Of a stretch of 32,480 nucleotides of DNA, positions 10,536-22,040 are shown piece after piece. The position numbers and the translations under genes were made by a program. The notes beneath the pieces were generated by a model. The model did no database searches and had not been told where the DNA came from. It worked only from the letters and a program-made list of their open reading frames with translations. This DNA comes from Octopus bimaculoides (Eukaryota), in the NCBI RefSeq assembly GCF_001194135.2, contig NC_068988.1:13047540-13080019 (forward strand), written 5' to 3'. Every line of letters starts with the position of its first letter. Within the stretch, counting starts at the first letter, position 1.

Positions 10536-10742
10536 TCTTTCTACTATAGGCACAAGGCCTAAAATTTTGGTGGTAGAGAACTAGTGAATTACTTTAACCC
10601 CAGTGTTCAACTGGTACTTGTTTTATCAACTCCAAATGGAAAAAAGGCAAAGTCAACCTCACTGGAATTTGAACACAGAACATAAAGATGGATGAAATGC
10701 CTTTTACCCAGCAAGCTAACAATTCTTCCAGCTCGCTGCCTT
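10536..10742 (-). mobile_element. SINE type B
   Basis: ggcacaaggcc...aactggtacttg...ggcaaagtcaacctcactggaatttgaacacagaac...ttccagctcgctgcct. Confidence 0.8.
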
Positions 10743-11289
10743 TCGAAATAAAGAAAAGAAAATTGTTTTGATTTTCTTTTCCTATCTAACACTGTTTTTG
10801 AAAAGCCTGATATTATTTTACTGTTGTCAGTCATTGGACCGTGGCAATTCTGAGTCACTACCTTCAGCCCCATTGCTTGTTTCAGTACAATACTTATTTA
10901 AAAAAATTTTTGTGCTGAACCAATAAGTTATTTAGTATAAGGGACACAGCATATGCAACAACACGTAGAGAGATATGTATGAATATATCTAATCTTAAAC
11001 AACTACTCATTTAACCCATGCTAACGTGAAACAGAAACATTAAATGAATGAATGAACACACACACGTGTGTGTGTACATATACCAACATTATCATAAACA
11101 TCAACATCTTTTTAATGCAGATTGTATAATCTTGAATACCTTTCCTGTCACCTGTTTCCAAGCAAGGTAATATTTCTCCATGGTGAGACATGTTTTCATA
11201 GATGATTTCAAATGAAGGACAGTGCTTGTATGACAGTGATCCTCACTTTACAACAACAGTGTGGTGTCAAGAAAAGGACACACACACAC

Positions 11290-11430
11290 ATGGGATTCAG
11301 GGAAGTTATCTAAATTCCATTCACAAGGTATTGGTCAAGCTGAGGCTGTAGTAGAAGACACTCGGTCAAAGTACTGTGCAATGCAACTGATTCTGGAACA
11401 AAGTGGTTGTCAAGCCAACTTCTTAACTAC
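11290..11430 (-). mobile_element. SINE type A, 5' fragment
   Basis: aaattccattcacaaggtattggtc...gtagtagaagacactc...aacttcttaactac. Confidence 0.65.
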
Positions 11431-12040
11431 ATAGTAATGATATCAACTTGAAATTACTCAAGTGAAATAATTTAGGTCCACAATTAAAAATTATTCAACA
11501 AACGACCTATCTCTACTATGGCAACAATAATATCCCATTAGGCTTGAGAAGATAAATCCTTCTGAAAACAATGTTGTTTCTTTTTTTCTGAATTGTTTTG
11601 TTATCATTCTGAACTGTTGTGTCATCAACTAACCAAAATGGGTAACTAGCTAGCTAGCTAGCTACTTTACCAGTAAACTAACCAATTAACTTCTCCTCTA
11701 TGTCCTACCATATGTAATGAAATATTTTTATAATATATATCTATATACTCACTCCTTGCACCAACTAATTCTTCTCTATCTACTGCTTCTATTTAAACTA
11801 ATATCAACATCAAAACCTTTTTCTTTTATACAGATAGTATCTTCAACTTACTAAATAACACAGCAAAATGCGACAAGACGCTCTTCTAAAGGTAGTGTCC
11901 ATTATAAACTTATTCAGAAGTTTACTTTATTATTTTAAATGCTTTCTTCAAGTCTTAAAATTAACCTCATATCTTATACATTTGCTATAATTTTATATTA
12001 CATTCTCTTCTTTCTAATTAATCTATTTTAGTTGTCTTCT

Positions 12041-12073
<33 letters not shown>

Positions 12074-12769
12074 AACAACAACCGAAAGACAAAAAAAACA
12101 ACATTCATAACCAGCTATTATGTACATTATGAAATTTCATCAATACATGGTACTGAGTTGGTAACAAATTTCATTACAGGCAGGTCAACCCCCTCTACAA
12201 CATTTTTTCTGCTCCCTTTTCTTTACATTGCTTACATCTTTATTTATTTCCACATTTTACTTGAATGTTGTTCAACAAAAAAGAGATTGTTCCTGCTACA
12301 GAACAGCTTTGTTTTATAAATCAACACTGAATTACAATTCATGTAAATACTTTCTGCCAAATTAAATGTTTCTGCCCTCTTCTTTTTCCGAGCATCTCTA
12401 ATCAAGCTGTTACATAAAATATTCTTTATCTTCTATATCTTTCTCCTGCAAGTTCTCTGTTTTCTTTACTGTATTCAGTCATGTCTCTGCTTAAATAATC
12501 ATGTGAGGAGCATCATGTCATCATTATCATTATTTTAACATCTGGTTTTCTAAGCTGACATGTATATGATATTGTCATTCTCTTTACATTAGTGAGAATG
12601 TGTAAGTATATTTCTTTTGTTCTGTTAATTTTTTCTACAGCTGTTTTCCATGCTAGCATGGATTAGGTGAATATATAATTGAGGCATTGTTTGAAAACCA
12701 GATGGCCTTCTCGTTGCTAACACTATTTTTACAAGTAAAGGATCTCTTGTTCTATAAGTCTTCAAATGC

Positions 12770-13240
12770 AGAAAGAAAGTGAAAGATGTTGGGGCATCTT
12801 CAGTCAGCTCCAGGCCTGGGGATGTTGTTGCTGGAGCTACCGTTGGTGCTTTTATCATTATGAGGCATGGGTCTGGCAATATCGCTTTGGCTGTTGTCAT
12901 TGTGGTGGTCATTCCTGGCCATGACATTGGTACTACTGTCGCCAATAGTGATGTAGGTGCCGTCATTGATAATATTGGGAGTGGAGCTGGTAGCCTCGCT
13001 TGTGCTGCTGGTGTTGGCATGGTCATTATCTACAGCCATAGTGCTGGTGCTACGGCCCCTGCTTCCATTTCAAACACTACCCATTGCAAGCACGGGACTC
13101 CCCATTCTCGAAAGGTCCTTGCAAACTAAAAACAACCCAAGGGCAAATTTCCCTGTTCCCCCTCTTTTGGCCCAGATGTACTGGTCTAAGGGAGATAATC
13201 TGTCCTTGTCAACCTGGGGTGTTTAATCTTTGGTACTTAC
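12770..13240 (-). other. GC-richer, codon-periodic island with Pro/Thr/Ala-rich reading frame; origin unresolved (decayed LINE ORF1 or host exon)
   Basis: The minus frame TMPTPAAQARLPAPLPILSMTAPTS...APTVAPATTSPG uses mostly NNA codons. In-frame stops lie upstream. No recognisable domain. Confidence 0.3.
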
Positions 13241-13376
13241 TAACCAACTGACTGGAATGGATTCCTGCCTCCCACAGATGAAGAGTTACATTTCTCTTCA
13301 GCTTCAGAGTCTGACAAGCCATCCACGGGGCTAAGTCCTTTGTGTCTGATTACTCTATGACCAGACATAGACTTAA
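13241..13376 (-). CDS. Candidate internal coding exon of an unidentified gene (136 nt)
   Basis: Acceptor ctccatttacctgtAG and perfect donor TA|GTAAGT. Only one of three frames is open: KSMSGHRVIRHKGLSPVDGLSDSEAEEKCNSSSVGGRNPFQSVG. No homology recognised. Confidence 0.3.
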
Positions 13377-13451
13377 CTACAGGTAAATGGAGTGACCAAA
13401 GCCTGTGAGTGAACTTGGTAGATTGAAACTGAAAGCAGTCCATCATATGCA

Positions 13452-13955
13452 CGTGGGATTACAATGCAGGGAATTAAGAGGCCAGAAATTAGGGCTGGCA
13501 AAGTCATAGAAATTTTATGACAATCTCTTCTGAATCTTTCTGGAGGTATGGTGAGGAGTCAAATCCTGCTGCTACACATGACCTTCCATCAGCAACCTTC
13601 TCCAGCCAAGGACTGACCAGTTTCCAGCAGCTTCACATAGCTATCTGAATTGAGCCTAAGGATCTGTTCAAAGATGTAGGGATGAATTCCAGCATGTGGA
13701 TGCAGTTAGAATGCCTGCTGTCTCCCTTTCTGCTGGCTATGGTTTCATAGCCTCCATTGCAGTTGTCCACATGACACCTTACAGCATTTGTAGGGCATTG
13801 AGCAGCAATCATGATGCTGGAATTTTGATACCTGGCACAACTCTTTTCTAATATTCTAAAATCATTTTTATACTCTCCAATGTCTTTCACTTTCACTGAC
13901 ACACCAAAATGTTCCTAAAAAAAGGAGACAATTGTGAAATTTAGCCTGAACACCT
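13452..13955 (-). mobile_element. Tc1/mariner DD37D (maT)-like transposon, internally deleted and decayed
   Basis: Minus strand reads PYIFEQILRLNSDSYVKLLET / PWLEKVADGR / QQDLTPHHTSRKIQKRLS*NFYDFASPNFWPLNSLHCNP, a decayed QQDxAPxH...WPPNSPDxNP motif. An N-terminal-like segment SSIMIAAQC...YETIASRK...SNCIHMLEF is fused directly upstream. Confidence 0.8.
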
Positions 13956-14594
13956 CCCTCTCTCTTTCTCTCATATATATGTGTGTGTGTATGTGTACAC
14001 ACACATACAGGTGTATATAATATTTTGAAGACATCAGCAGATCAGATGTGAATATATAAATTACAAAATATCCACACCATTGTCAGACAACTTATTTTCA
14101 ATAAACAAAGCTGTAATGGTATCACTAATTCTAAACAGATCAGAGAAAAATATTTTAAGTCTAACAGTCTGTGATTGCCTTTCTGGCATTACTCCCATGA
14201 CTATTTTAAAGACATTTCATATAAAAAAAACTCATTAAATAGTCATACATTATCATTTTTTTTAACGACTGATTCTGTGACAAAGCTTTCACTCAAATTT
14301 CAGGATATTAAAATGTCTTTCTAGTTGATCCATAACTATCTAATTTGAATTAACAATTGGTTGTTCGGTGACTTTTGCTCCATGACCTACAATGTCAATC
14401 ATATTAATTGCTATTATTTAGTAAAATAAATTTTATTTTATTTTATCTCTCAATGTCTAGCGTGTCTATAATTTTTTTTAAAGCAGTTATAGTGCTCTAA
14501 AATAATATTTATAATCATCTTCCATACATTATTTTCCATAACTTTTCTGGTTCACACAATCAGGTCACAGTTCTACATAGCTGATGTTGAGATG

Positions 14595-14862
14595 TGAGGG
14601 TAGAGCGAGAAGTGTTGCCTCAGTATGAAAGGACCAGTTCTGAGCATACACCTGTGAAAAATTAAAGAAGGGCTCTTGCCCTGTTGATCAGGCCCGTGGC
14701 TTTTGGGAGTTTTACATTGTTTAATTTTAATTGTTATTTATTGTTTACATACTGAAAACCCTTTATCTTGTCTTGTCTTGTCTCATCTTTTATGTTGCTG
14801 CATGTCCTTTAATGTTGTTTTATGTAAGCCCTTGTGGCTAATAAAAGAATTATCATCAACAT
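14595..14862 (+). mobile_element. 3' end of an L1/Tx1-like LINE (tentative)
   Basis: VRVEREVLP...KGPVLSIHL* is followed by a T-rich UTR and gcccttgtggctaataaaagaattatcatc tail. Clade assignment is from memory only. Confidence 0.45.
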
Positions 14863-15829
14863 CATAAAGACAGGGCAAATGGCTGTAGTGAAGCAGTGAT
14901 GCTGGTGGTGTTGCTTAGTGCTTCCCAAACATTTTTTCTGGGACCATTATATGCTTTTCCAAAAATCACGGAGCCCATACCTGTATTGTACAGACAGCCA
15001 ATACCACCCTAATTTTAGCAAGACATTAAATGAGAAAAATTATTTTAAAGAAAGAATTCATACATACATTTGTCATATTATAAATTTTGTCTCATAACAG
15101 CCAATTTATGTTACTGAATGGTTTCATGCTCTAGAGCTTTCAGTTACGGGGAGGTAAATTAGATATGCTAAAGGTAAAAACAGGTTGATAAATTTTGGAT
15201 GATAACCTATACCAAAGAGAAGAAAAAGGATTAGAGGTAAAAGAAAAAGGGGAAAAAAATGAATGATACTGAATTAAAGATGTCTGTTTACATGACAGAC
15301 CCCACCACCCAGAGACTAAATTCAGTATTGTACATATTCTTCTATTTCTTTCACCTCTCTTAAATCGTTTCCCTCCCCACCATCTTTAATAAAAGGGTAT
15401 CATCCAAAATGTCAGATTCTCTGTTTCTTTCTTTGGCCTATCATTATTATTTTCTTTTACTTTATATTATTTTGCTTTCCAGGCACATGCTTTCACCTAT
15501 TTTATTCCATCTATTATTTGTTTATTTGTCATCTCTTTGTCTCATAATCTTACTTGTGTTATTTTTATCTGTGTATAACCTTATGCCCACACAGAACAAA
15601 TCACTAGTACTTCACAAATTGACCATAACAACTATATATACGTTCATACATATAATACAGATACATACTCCCACCTGTGTGCATGTATGTGTTAATGTTT
15701 GCATTCTACATCTTTGTATGAAACTGTTTAAGCACAACAGTGATATTATGCCAACATACCCTGTTAACAAATTGTGATGTGGTTCTGTGCCTTCGAGGAC
15801 AAGTAGGATAAAAAAACAAAGTCACTTAC

Positions 15830-15854
15830 TTGGAAGACATATAAGGGCTAGCAA
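15830..15854 (-). other. Candidate 25-nt exon
   Basis: tatatgccctttcAG|ttgctagcccttatatgtcttccaa|GTAAGT in otherwise non-repeat sequence. Confidence 0.25.
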
Positions 15855-15957
15855 CTGAAAGGGCATATAGCATCAAAATAGCCCCTCAGGAATAAATCTT
15901 TGTTCAACTCATACTTTCATGGAAAAATTAACATAAAACAAACAAATGAACAAAATG

Positions 15958-15989
15958 AATGTGTGTGTGTGTGTGTGTGTGTGTGTTTA

Positions 15990-16033
<44 letters not shown>
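15958..16033. repeat. Compound (TG)n(TA)n microsatellite
   Basis: Directly visible. Similar tracts occur at 6032-6060, 17426-17460, 21801-21838 and 22537-22567, and poly-A tracts at 8655-8682 and 12044-12072. Confidence 0.95.
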
Positions 16034-16035
<2 letters not shown>

Positions 16036-16695
16036 TATATAAATACATACCCCCACCCACATATATGGTGCGCTGTATACAGTTTTGTACAAGACATGTG
16101 TAGAGTTTATTCAAGTGTTTATTCAATGTGTTTATAAACAAAGATTGCATATCTGAACCACAGTTTCCTTCAGTTACCCTTTTGGTCTACCATACACATG
16201 AATGAACTGAGAAGAAAATAATCTGCTAGTGTTTACAATCAATCAAGAGGTCAGTTAAACTAGGAGCAGGAACTGTAATCCCTGTTTATCTTACATTCTC
16301 ACACACACTATCTCTCTTTCTCTCTCTCTCTCTATCATATACACATTGGAAATTATATGCTATACTTTGCACGATGTTTCAGTCCAAGCCAGATATTGTC
16401 AAGCAAATGAGGAAAAAAGTGATGTATGTTTTTTTGAATATATATGGAAGTGAAGCAATGTTAAAGTTTGATATATGGCAGTTTTGGTCCTTATTTGGGG
16501 AGGGAAACTAGCCAGGTTAGAATAAATATAATTTCAATATAAACAAGTATGAGGAAGACATAATAAAAAAGGTCCTAAAAGAAAAACATCAGTATATGAG
16601 TCTAAGTTAATGACAAATATTCAAACATGCTTGGGGAAAATCACATTTTCTGGCTGAAGGGAAGTAACTGTTAATTGTTGTTAATAATAATAATG

Positions 16696-16820
16696 ATTAT
16701 TTCTTCATTTTCCACAAGGGGCTAAACATAGAGGGGACAAACAAGGACAGACAAAGGGATTAAGTCGATTACATCGACCCCAGTGCATAACTGGTACTTA
16801 TTTAATTGACCCTGAAAGGT
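16696..16820 (-). mobile_element. SINE type B, 3' part
   Basis: cacaaggggctaaacatagaggggacaaacaaggacagacaaagggattaagtcgattacatcgaccccagtg, nearly identical to 17125-17215. Confidence 0.85.
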
Positions 16821-17011
16821 AATGTGGGCAGAATAAGGATTAGAAAGTAGAAGAAATAGCAAGGACGAAAAAAATGTATTAATTTGTGGGTTAATGAGGG
16901 TAATGCAATGATTGTAATGAGTATTTATAAGAGGTATGGTGCTGTATTGGAAGTGAGGATTTCTTTGAAGAACATAATCATAAAAATCTGTAAACATAAT
17001 GTATGTTTTAT

Positions 17012-17628
17012 CGTTTATTTGTTTCAGTCACTGGCTACGCTGGGGCACTGCCTTGAAGGGTTTTTGCTTGAACAAATCAACCCAAAATCTGTTTTTCATT
17101 TCTTTTTGGTCTAGTGCTAATTCTTATATCTTTATTGCTCACAAGGGGCTAAACATAGAGGGGACAAACAAGGATAGACAAAGGGATTAAGTCAATTACA
17201 TCAACCCCAGTGCGTAACTGCTACTTAATTTATAGACTCTGAAAGGATGAAAAGCAAAGTCGACTTTGGTGGAATTTGAACTCAGAACGTAACAGCAGAC
17301 AAAATACCGTTAAGCATTTCGCCCAGGGTGCTAATGTTTCTGCCAGCTCACCACCTTCTAGTGCTAACTCTATCAGTTACTATTGCCAAACCACTAAATT
17401 ATAAATGTGAACTAACATCAGTTGTCAAGCAATGTGTATGTGTGTGTGTGTGTGTGTGTGACACAGGCAGGCACTAAGACTCACACAAATAGATACACAT
17501 ACATATACAAGACTACCACAGTTTCCATTGGTTATAGTTGAAGAGACTTGCCTGAAAAGCTGTGCAGTGGGCCTGAACCTGAAACCATGTGGGTTGCAAA
17601 GCGAGCTTCTTAACCACACAGCCACATC
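17012..17628 (-). mobile_element. SINE type A interrupted by a type B insertion
   Basis: The tail at 17012-17124 and the 5' part at 17357-17628 are collinear once 17125-17356 is removed. Confidence 0.75.
17125..17356 (-). mobile_element. SINE type B, full length, nested in type A
   Basis: Flanked by tctagtgctaa(t/c)tct at 17110-17124 and 17357-17371, a 15-bp TSD with one mismatch. Confidence 0.85.
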
Positions 17629-17639
17629 TACACCTATGT

Positions 17640-17892
17640 GTGGTTATGGTCAATCCACATTACTCTGTAAAGAGCATAGGACCAGTTTCCTGGTTTCTCT
17701 GGTGAATATATCCCTCCCTGGATGGGATGCCAGTCCATTGCTGGATTACTCACTTCCACCAGCTGAGTGGACTGGAGCAGCATGAAATGAAGTGTTTTAC
17801 TCAAGAACACAAAGCATCGTCCAGTCCAGGAATTGAAACCATTATTTTCTGACCATGAGTCCAACATCCTAACCACTAAATGATGCACCTCC
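17640..17892 (-). mobile_element. tRNA-derived SINE with CORE/Meta-like body (type distinct from A and B)
   Basis: Minus strand: ggaggtgcatcatttagtggttagg...ggtttcaattcc head, tgtgttcttgagtaaaacacttcatttc, then gcaatggactggcatcccatccagggagg...cagagaaaccagg. The superfamily label is from memory. Confidence 0.7.
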
Positions 17893-18164
17893 ACTACACT
17901 ATGAGTGTTTTAGATATATTAAGTTTATGTTAATTTAGCAGAGTTGGTAAAATATTAGAATATTAAAATGAGTTCAATTCAGATAAAAGTCTGATAAAAT
18001 AGACTTGAGATGCTAGTTGCACTTAATCAGATAATAAATCTAGTGTTTAAAAGTGAAATGAAATGCTAATGATTTTTTAAGTACTTTTGTGAATTGTTTT
18101 TCAGAGTTATTCAAAGGAAATAAAGATTGGAAGATAAGCGACTTAAATTGTTAGGAGTTTCAAA

Positions 18165-18390
18165 GGTAGCAAGCTGAAAGAATCATAAAAATGTTGGAAA
18201 AAATGTTTTGCTGTATTTCTTCTGGTTGTTCACATTCAGGATTCAAATCCTACCAAAGTCAGCTATGCTTTTTATCCCCTGGGAATGAAAAGTATAGTTG
18301 TATCAGTCCAGTGGTGGGTTTGATCTCATTGAATAATCTCATTTCCACAAAACTGCAGGCCTTGTTGCCTAACTTAGAAATCATGATTAG
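18165..18390 (+). mobile_element. SINE type B, highly diverged
   Basis: ggattcaaatcctaccaaagtcagctatgctttttatcccctggg...gcaggccttgttgcctaacttagaaatc is collinear with type B. Confidence 0.55.
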
Positions 18391-18959
18391 GGATTTGAGG
18401 AATTTCAGGAAAGTAAAAAACAAAAAAACAAAAACAAAACAAAAGTAAAATAATAGAAATTAAACAAAAGTTTAAGAGAGAAGAAAGAGTAAATTTTATG
18501 AATAGAATCAAAGTCAATATCGACATTGGAAAAATGTTCTTAATGGAGAAAATGTCTGCTCGAAAGAATTAAATAATTCAATGAGACAAAAAAGTATTGA
18601 CACAAACAGCCGAGCAATGAAGAAAGGCTTATCTGCATGTATAGATCCAATGCTCTAATTTAGATCCTCAATCACTACTTCAATTGAACTGCAATATTTC
18701 AGGGAGAGTAGTAGTGTTGACTGGTATTTGCCACTTAAATTACTGTATCTACTTGTGTATAAGTCACACCTCTAATTCAGTAGTGAATCTTGGTACAATT
18801 TTTTGTTTTTTTTGCCTCATGTATATGTCATACTGCAGTTTTTTTTCCCTCCAGTTAAAATCAAATATAAAACAGTGCGACTTACATGAACAAATTGTTC
18901 CAGTGTGGTCGCAGTCTAATGATTGAAACAAATAAAAGATAAAAAGAAATATCAAAGCC

Positions 18960-19345
18960 TTCATCATCATCATCATCATCATCGTTTAATGTCTGCTTTC
19001 CATGCTAGCATGGGTTGGACGATTTGACTGAGGACTGGTGAACCAGATGGCTACACCAGGCTCCAATCTGATTTGGCAGAGTTTCTACAGCTAGATGCCC
19101 TTCCTAATGCCAACCACTCCGAGAGTGTAGTGGGTGCTTTTACATGCCATGAAGGCCAGTCAGGCGGTAATGGCAACAGCCACGCTCAAAATGGTGTATT
19201 TTACGTGCCACCTGCACAGTCCAGCGGCACTGGCAATGATCTCGCTCGAACGACTTTTCATGTGCCACTGGCACAAGTGCCAGGAAGGCGATGCTGGTGA
19301 TGATCATGCTTGAACGGTGCTCTTAGCGCTCCACTGGTACTGGTG
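18960..19345 (-). mobile_element. RTE 3' UTR with ~62-bp tandem units and (GAT)n tail
   Basis: Homologous to 2410-2890. Confidence 0.85.
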
Positions 19346-19389
19346 CCATCACAATTTCAGTAAATATTCTCTGACACTGGAGGACATGT

Positions 19390-20250
19390 TTAGAGAACTC
19401 CCTTTGCCCATATTGAACTAAACTGATGAGTATGAAGTGTGTATATTCAATTATATCAACATATCAATAAGTATACACACTGAGGCTGTGAAGCTCTAAT
19501 TTGTTTTCTGAGGAAAATCCTATTTTATATCATTGGACAACTACTATCATGCTGCTCCATGTAGAGACAACAGAAACTTGGTTTAAGGGAGGAGCTTGTG
19601 GACCATTAGGAAGGTCTTATTTACACATTTGTCTTCTTTCCTATTTGATTGAAGCCAAAGAGCAACTACAGCTGAAAGTATGAGTAAATACATGTACAAT
19701 TTCATTCAACTAAACAAATTATAAAGCTCTATATAACACGAGTCCCATATAATTTATAAGAAGCATATTCTTATGTAAGAAACCTGTACAGATAACACTC
19801 GAAGCCTGCTTTTATGAGGCAGGCATGTCTCTTAATAACACTAGTCAGATATTTCTCTTGTATTTCTAACTTGGGATAGTAATATAACTTTCATTGTAAT
19901 GAGCTGTGCCATGTAATAGCTTAAATACATAGAATCCTGCATAGAACATTAATTTCCAAGTAACCTTATCGCTAATTAATTCAACATACAGAGCTCACTT
20001 GAACATTTGGCTATCATCTTAACATACAATAGAAAACAATCCACTGGAGTAAGTGTATCAATATCAATCAATGATTTAATACTGGTGCAATAGTTCATTA
20101 AGAAGCAACTGTGTCTACAGTGAAGCTATCCTGTATGAGAGAAAATATTCACAACAAACTTTGCTTGTGGAAGTATCCAAGCATTTTTATCATGGCATCA
20201 AAACTCAACATGACTAAAGAGTCCTCAATATGCCATGTTGTCTTCATTTG
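19390..20250 (-). mobile_element. Highly decayed Penelope-like RT/thumb region (tentative)
   Basis: Scattered frameshifted motifs occur in the expected order: EDSLVMLSFDA (cf. xMVSFDV), TSVIKR (cf. TSVYRK), LVLYRAL (cf. TLVxRA), HTHQFSS. Confidence 0.35.
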
Positions 20251-21796
20251 GCCAGTTTGCTGTGAGCTAAAGAGGGAATAGAAAGAAGGCAGTGACAGAA
20301 GATGAAGTAGGGTGAGAGGGAGAAACAATGAAGAGCATGTTTGGAGAAACAGAATAATTGGAGTGATAGGGTGGTAGAAGAGGAAGAAATGGTAGAGACA
20401 GTGCAACAAATAGTAATGAAAGAAAGAAAGCAATCTATCTATATATATATAGAGAGAGAGATGGCAGAAAGTGAAGCATATTTGCTATTAGGTTTAACCG
20501 GCATAAAAATGGTGGAGATCAGACCAGTTAGATGATTTCAAGTAGCTGAGTGTCCAGGAAATGGGTCCTGTTATGTTGTAGAAGGATGTAAAGTGTATTG
20601 CTTTGATTAGACAATGATCCAGTGAGTACAAAGATGAACGATAGATGGGTTAAGGTTGGGTTTGAAGGTGATATGGTGTCAAAGATCAAAGACAAATAAG
20701 CAGAGGTAATAAGTGTGTCTTATTGTTATTTAGCCTTAGACCAGAGAAGCATATCTGTTATTCAAGGTATGTGGTAAGGAGTTTCATTTCCTGGAAATGT
20801 AGGCAAGTGTCTCCTACAACAGTCCTGAGCCAATCAAAGCCTTATCAGTAGATTTAGTAGATGGAAACTGGAAACTGAAAGAAGCCAGCTGTGTGTGTAT
20901 GTGTGTGTGTGTCATCATAATCACTTAATATCTGTTTTCCAAGTTGGCATTGGTTGGATGGTTTGAGAGGAGCTGGCAAGACCAGAAGCTGCACCAAGTT
21001 CCATTGTCTGTTTTGGCATGGTTTCTACTGTTGAATGCCATGTCTCCTTGCCCTGATATTGTGTTAGTTCTAAGCAAATGCCATTGTCATGAGAGCAGTG
21101 TCCTTCATTTCCAATTTCCTGTCTGGTTATGGGTGAATATCATCTTACTTGGAAACAGGCAAGAATTGGTGAAAGGAAGGGAATCCAGTCATCAAATTCC
21201 ATTCAACCCATGTGAACATAGAAAAATGGACATTAAAGCAATGATGATGATTCCAGCCATGGCCATTCTATTTAATGTATCCTCCTTTCTTGTAAGATGA
21301 TAGGATGTGATTTAAGGGAGAGTTGGCTACTTTTTCTAGATGTTAAAGTTAGAAAATGTGTCAAGGGAACAGAGATTCCATCACTGACTAATTTGTGAAT
21401 CTATCAGGAAGACATCAGAAATGCAGTCTCTGTCGGTGTGTGTATATTCTCTTAGTTTTTGTCTTCTTGGACTCACCCACAATGCAGCATGGCAGTACAA
21501 ATAAGCTCCCGCTAACATAGCTAAGAGGCCTTATCTATCCAATTGTTATACTAATAATCTGACAATAACTAGGGGCCCATCACTCCCAAACTGGTTATGT
21601 AATGTGCTCATTCACCATCTTGAGTATTTCTATCTGTGAGTACGATAGCTGAATAGTTGTTGATTCTATACTGGGCTTGTCTGCCCTCTTGACAGGTTTC
21701 TGCCCTGCTGGGTTTCTAATGTCTCTTCTCATTAGGGCTAACCTGATGGAAGTTTAGTTACTGACCACTTGACTATGTAACATGATAGCAAGTATC

Positions 21797-21840
<44 letters not shown>

Positions 21841-22040
21841 GAGTTTGAGTATGCACACATATATAGAAATACATATCTTTTCTCTTTTGTTTCAGTCATT
21901 AGACTGTGGCCATGCTGGGATACCACCTCAAAGGAATTAGTTGAACAAATTGACCCCAGTACTTGTCTTTTAAACCTGGTACTTATTCTGCAAAGTGAAC
22001 TTCTTAACCACAAATACATATAATGCAGGTGCATGTATGC

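Noticed and set aside
11852-11885. Possible 34-nt minus-strand exon (ctacctttAG...TA|GTAAGT)
   Set aside because: Joining it to the 13241-13376 candidate creates an immediate TAA, and there is no independent support.
12593-12601. Possible 9-nt plus-strand microexon (ttacattAG|tgagaatgt|GTAAGT)
   Set aside because: Such matches arise by chance in AT-rich DNA, and there are no supporting plus-strand exons or typical microexon enhancer motifs.
13150-13170. Polypurine run (minus strand aaaagagggggaacaggg) as an LTR-retrotransposon PPT
   Set aside because: It is not followed by a TG-starting LTR, and no second LTR or integrase motif is present.
14916-14970. hAT-like terminus (tagtgcttcccaaac...cacggagccc)
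   Set aside because: No matching opposite TIR or 8-bp TSD was found.
21365-21390. Second hammerhead-like stem (minus strand ggaa-tctctg-ttcc)
   Set aside because: Both the CUGANGA and GAAA core segments are absent.
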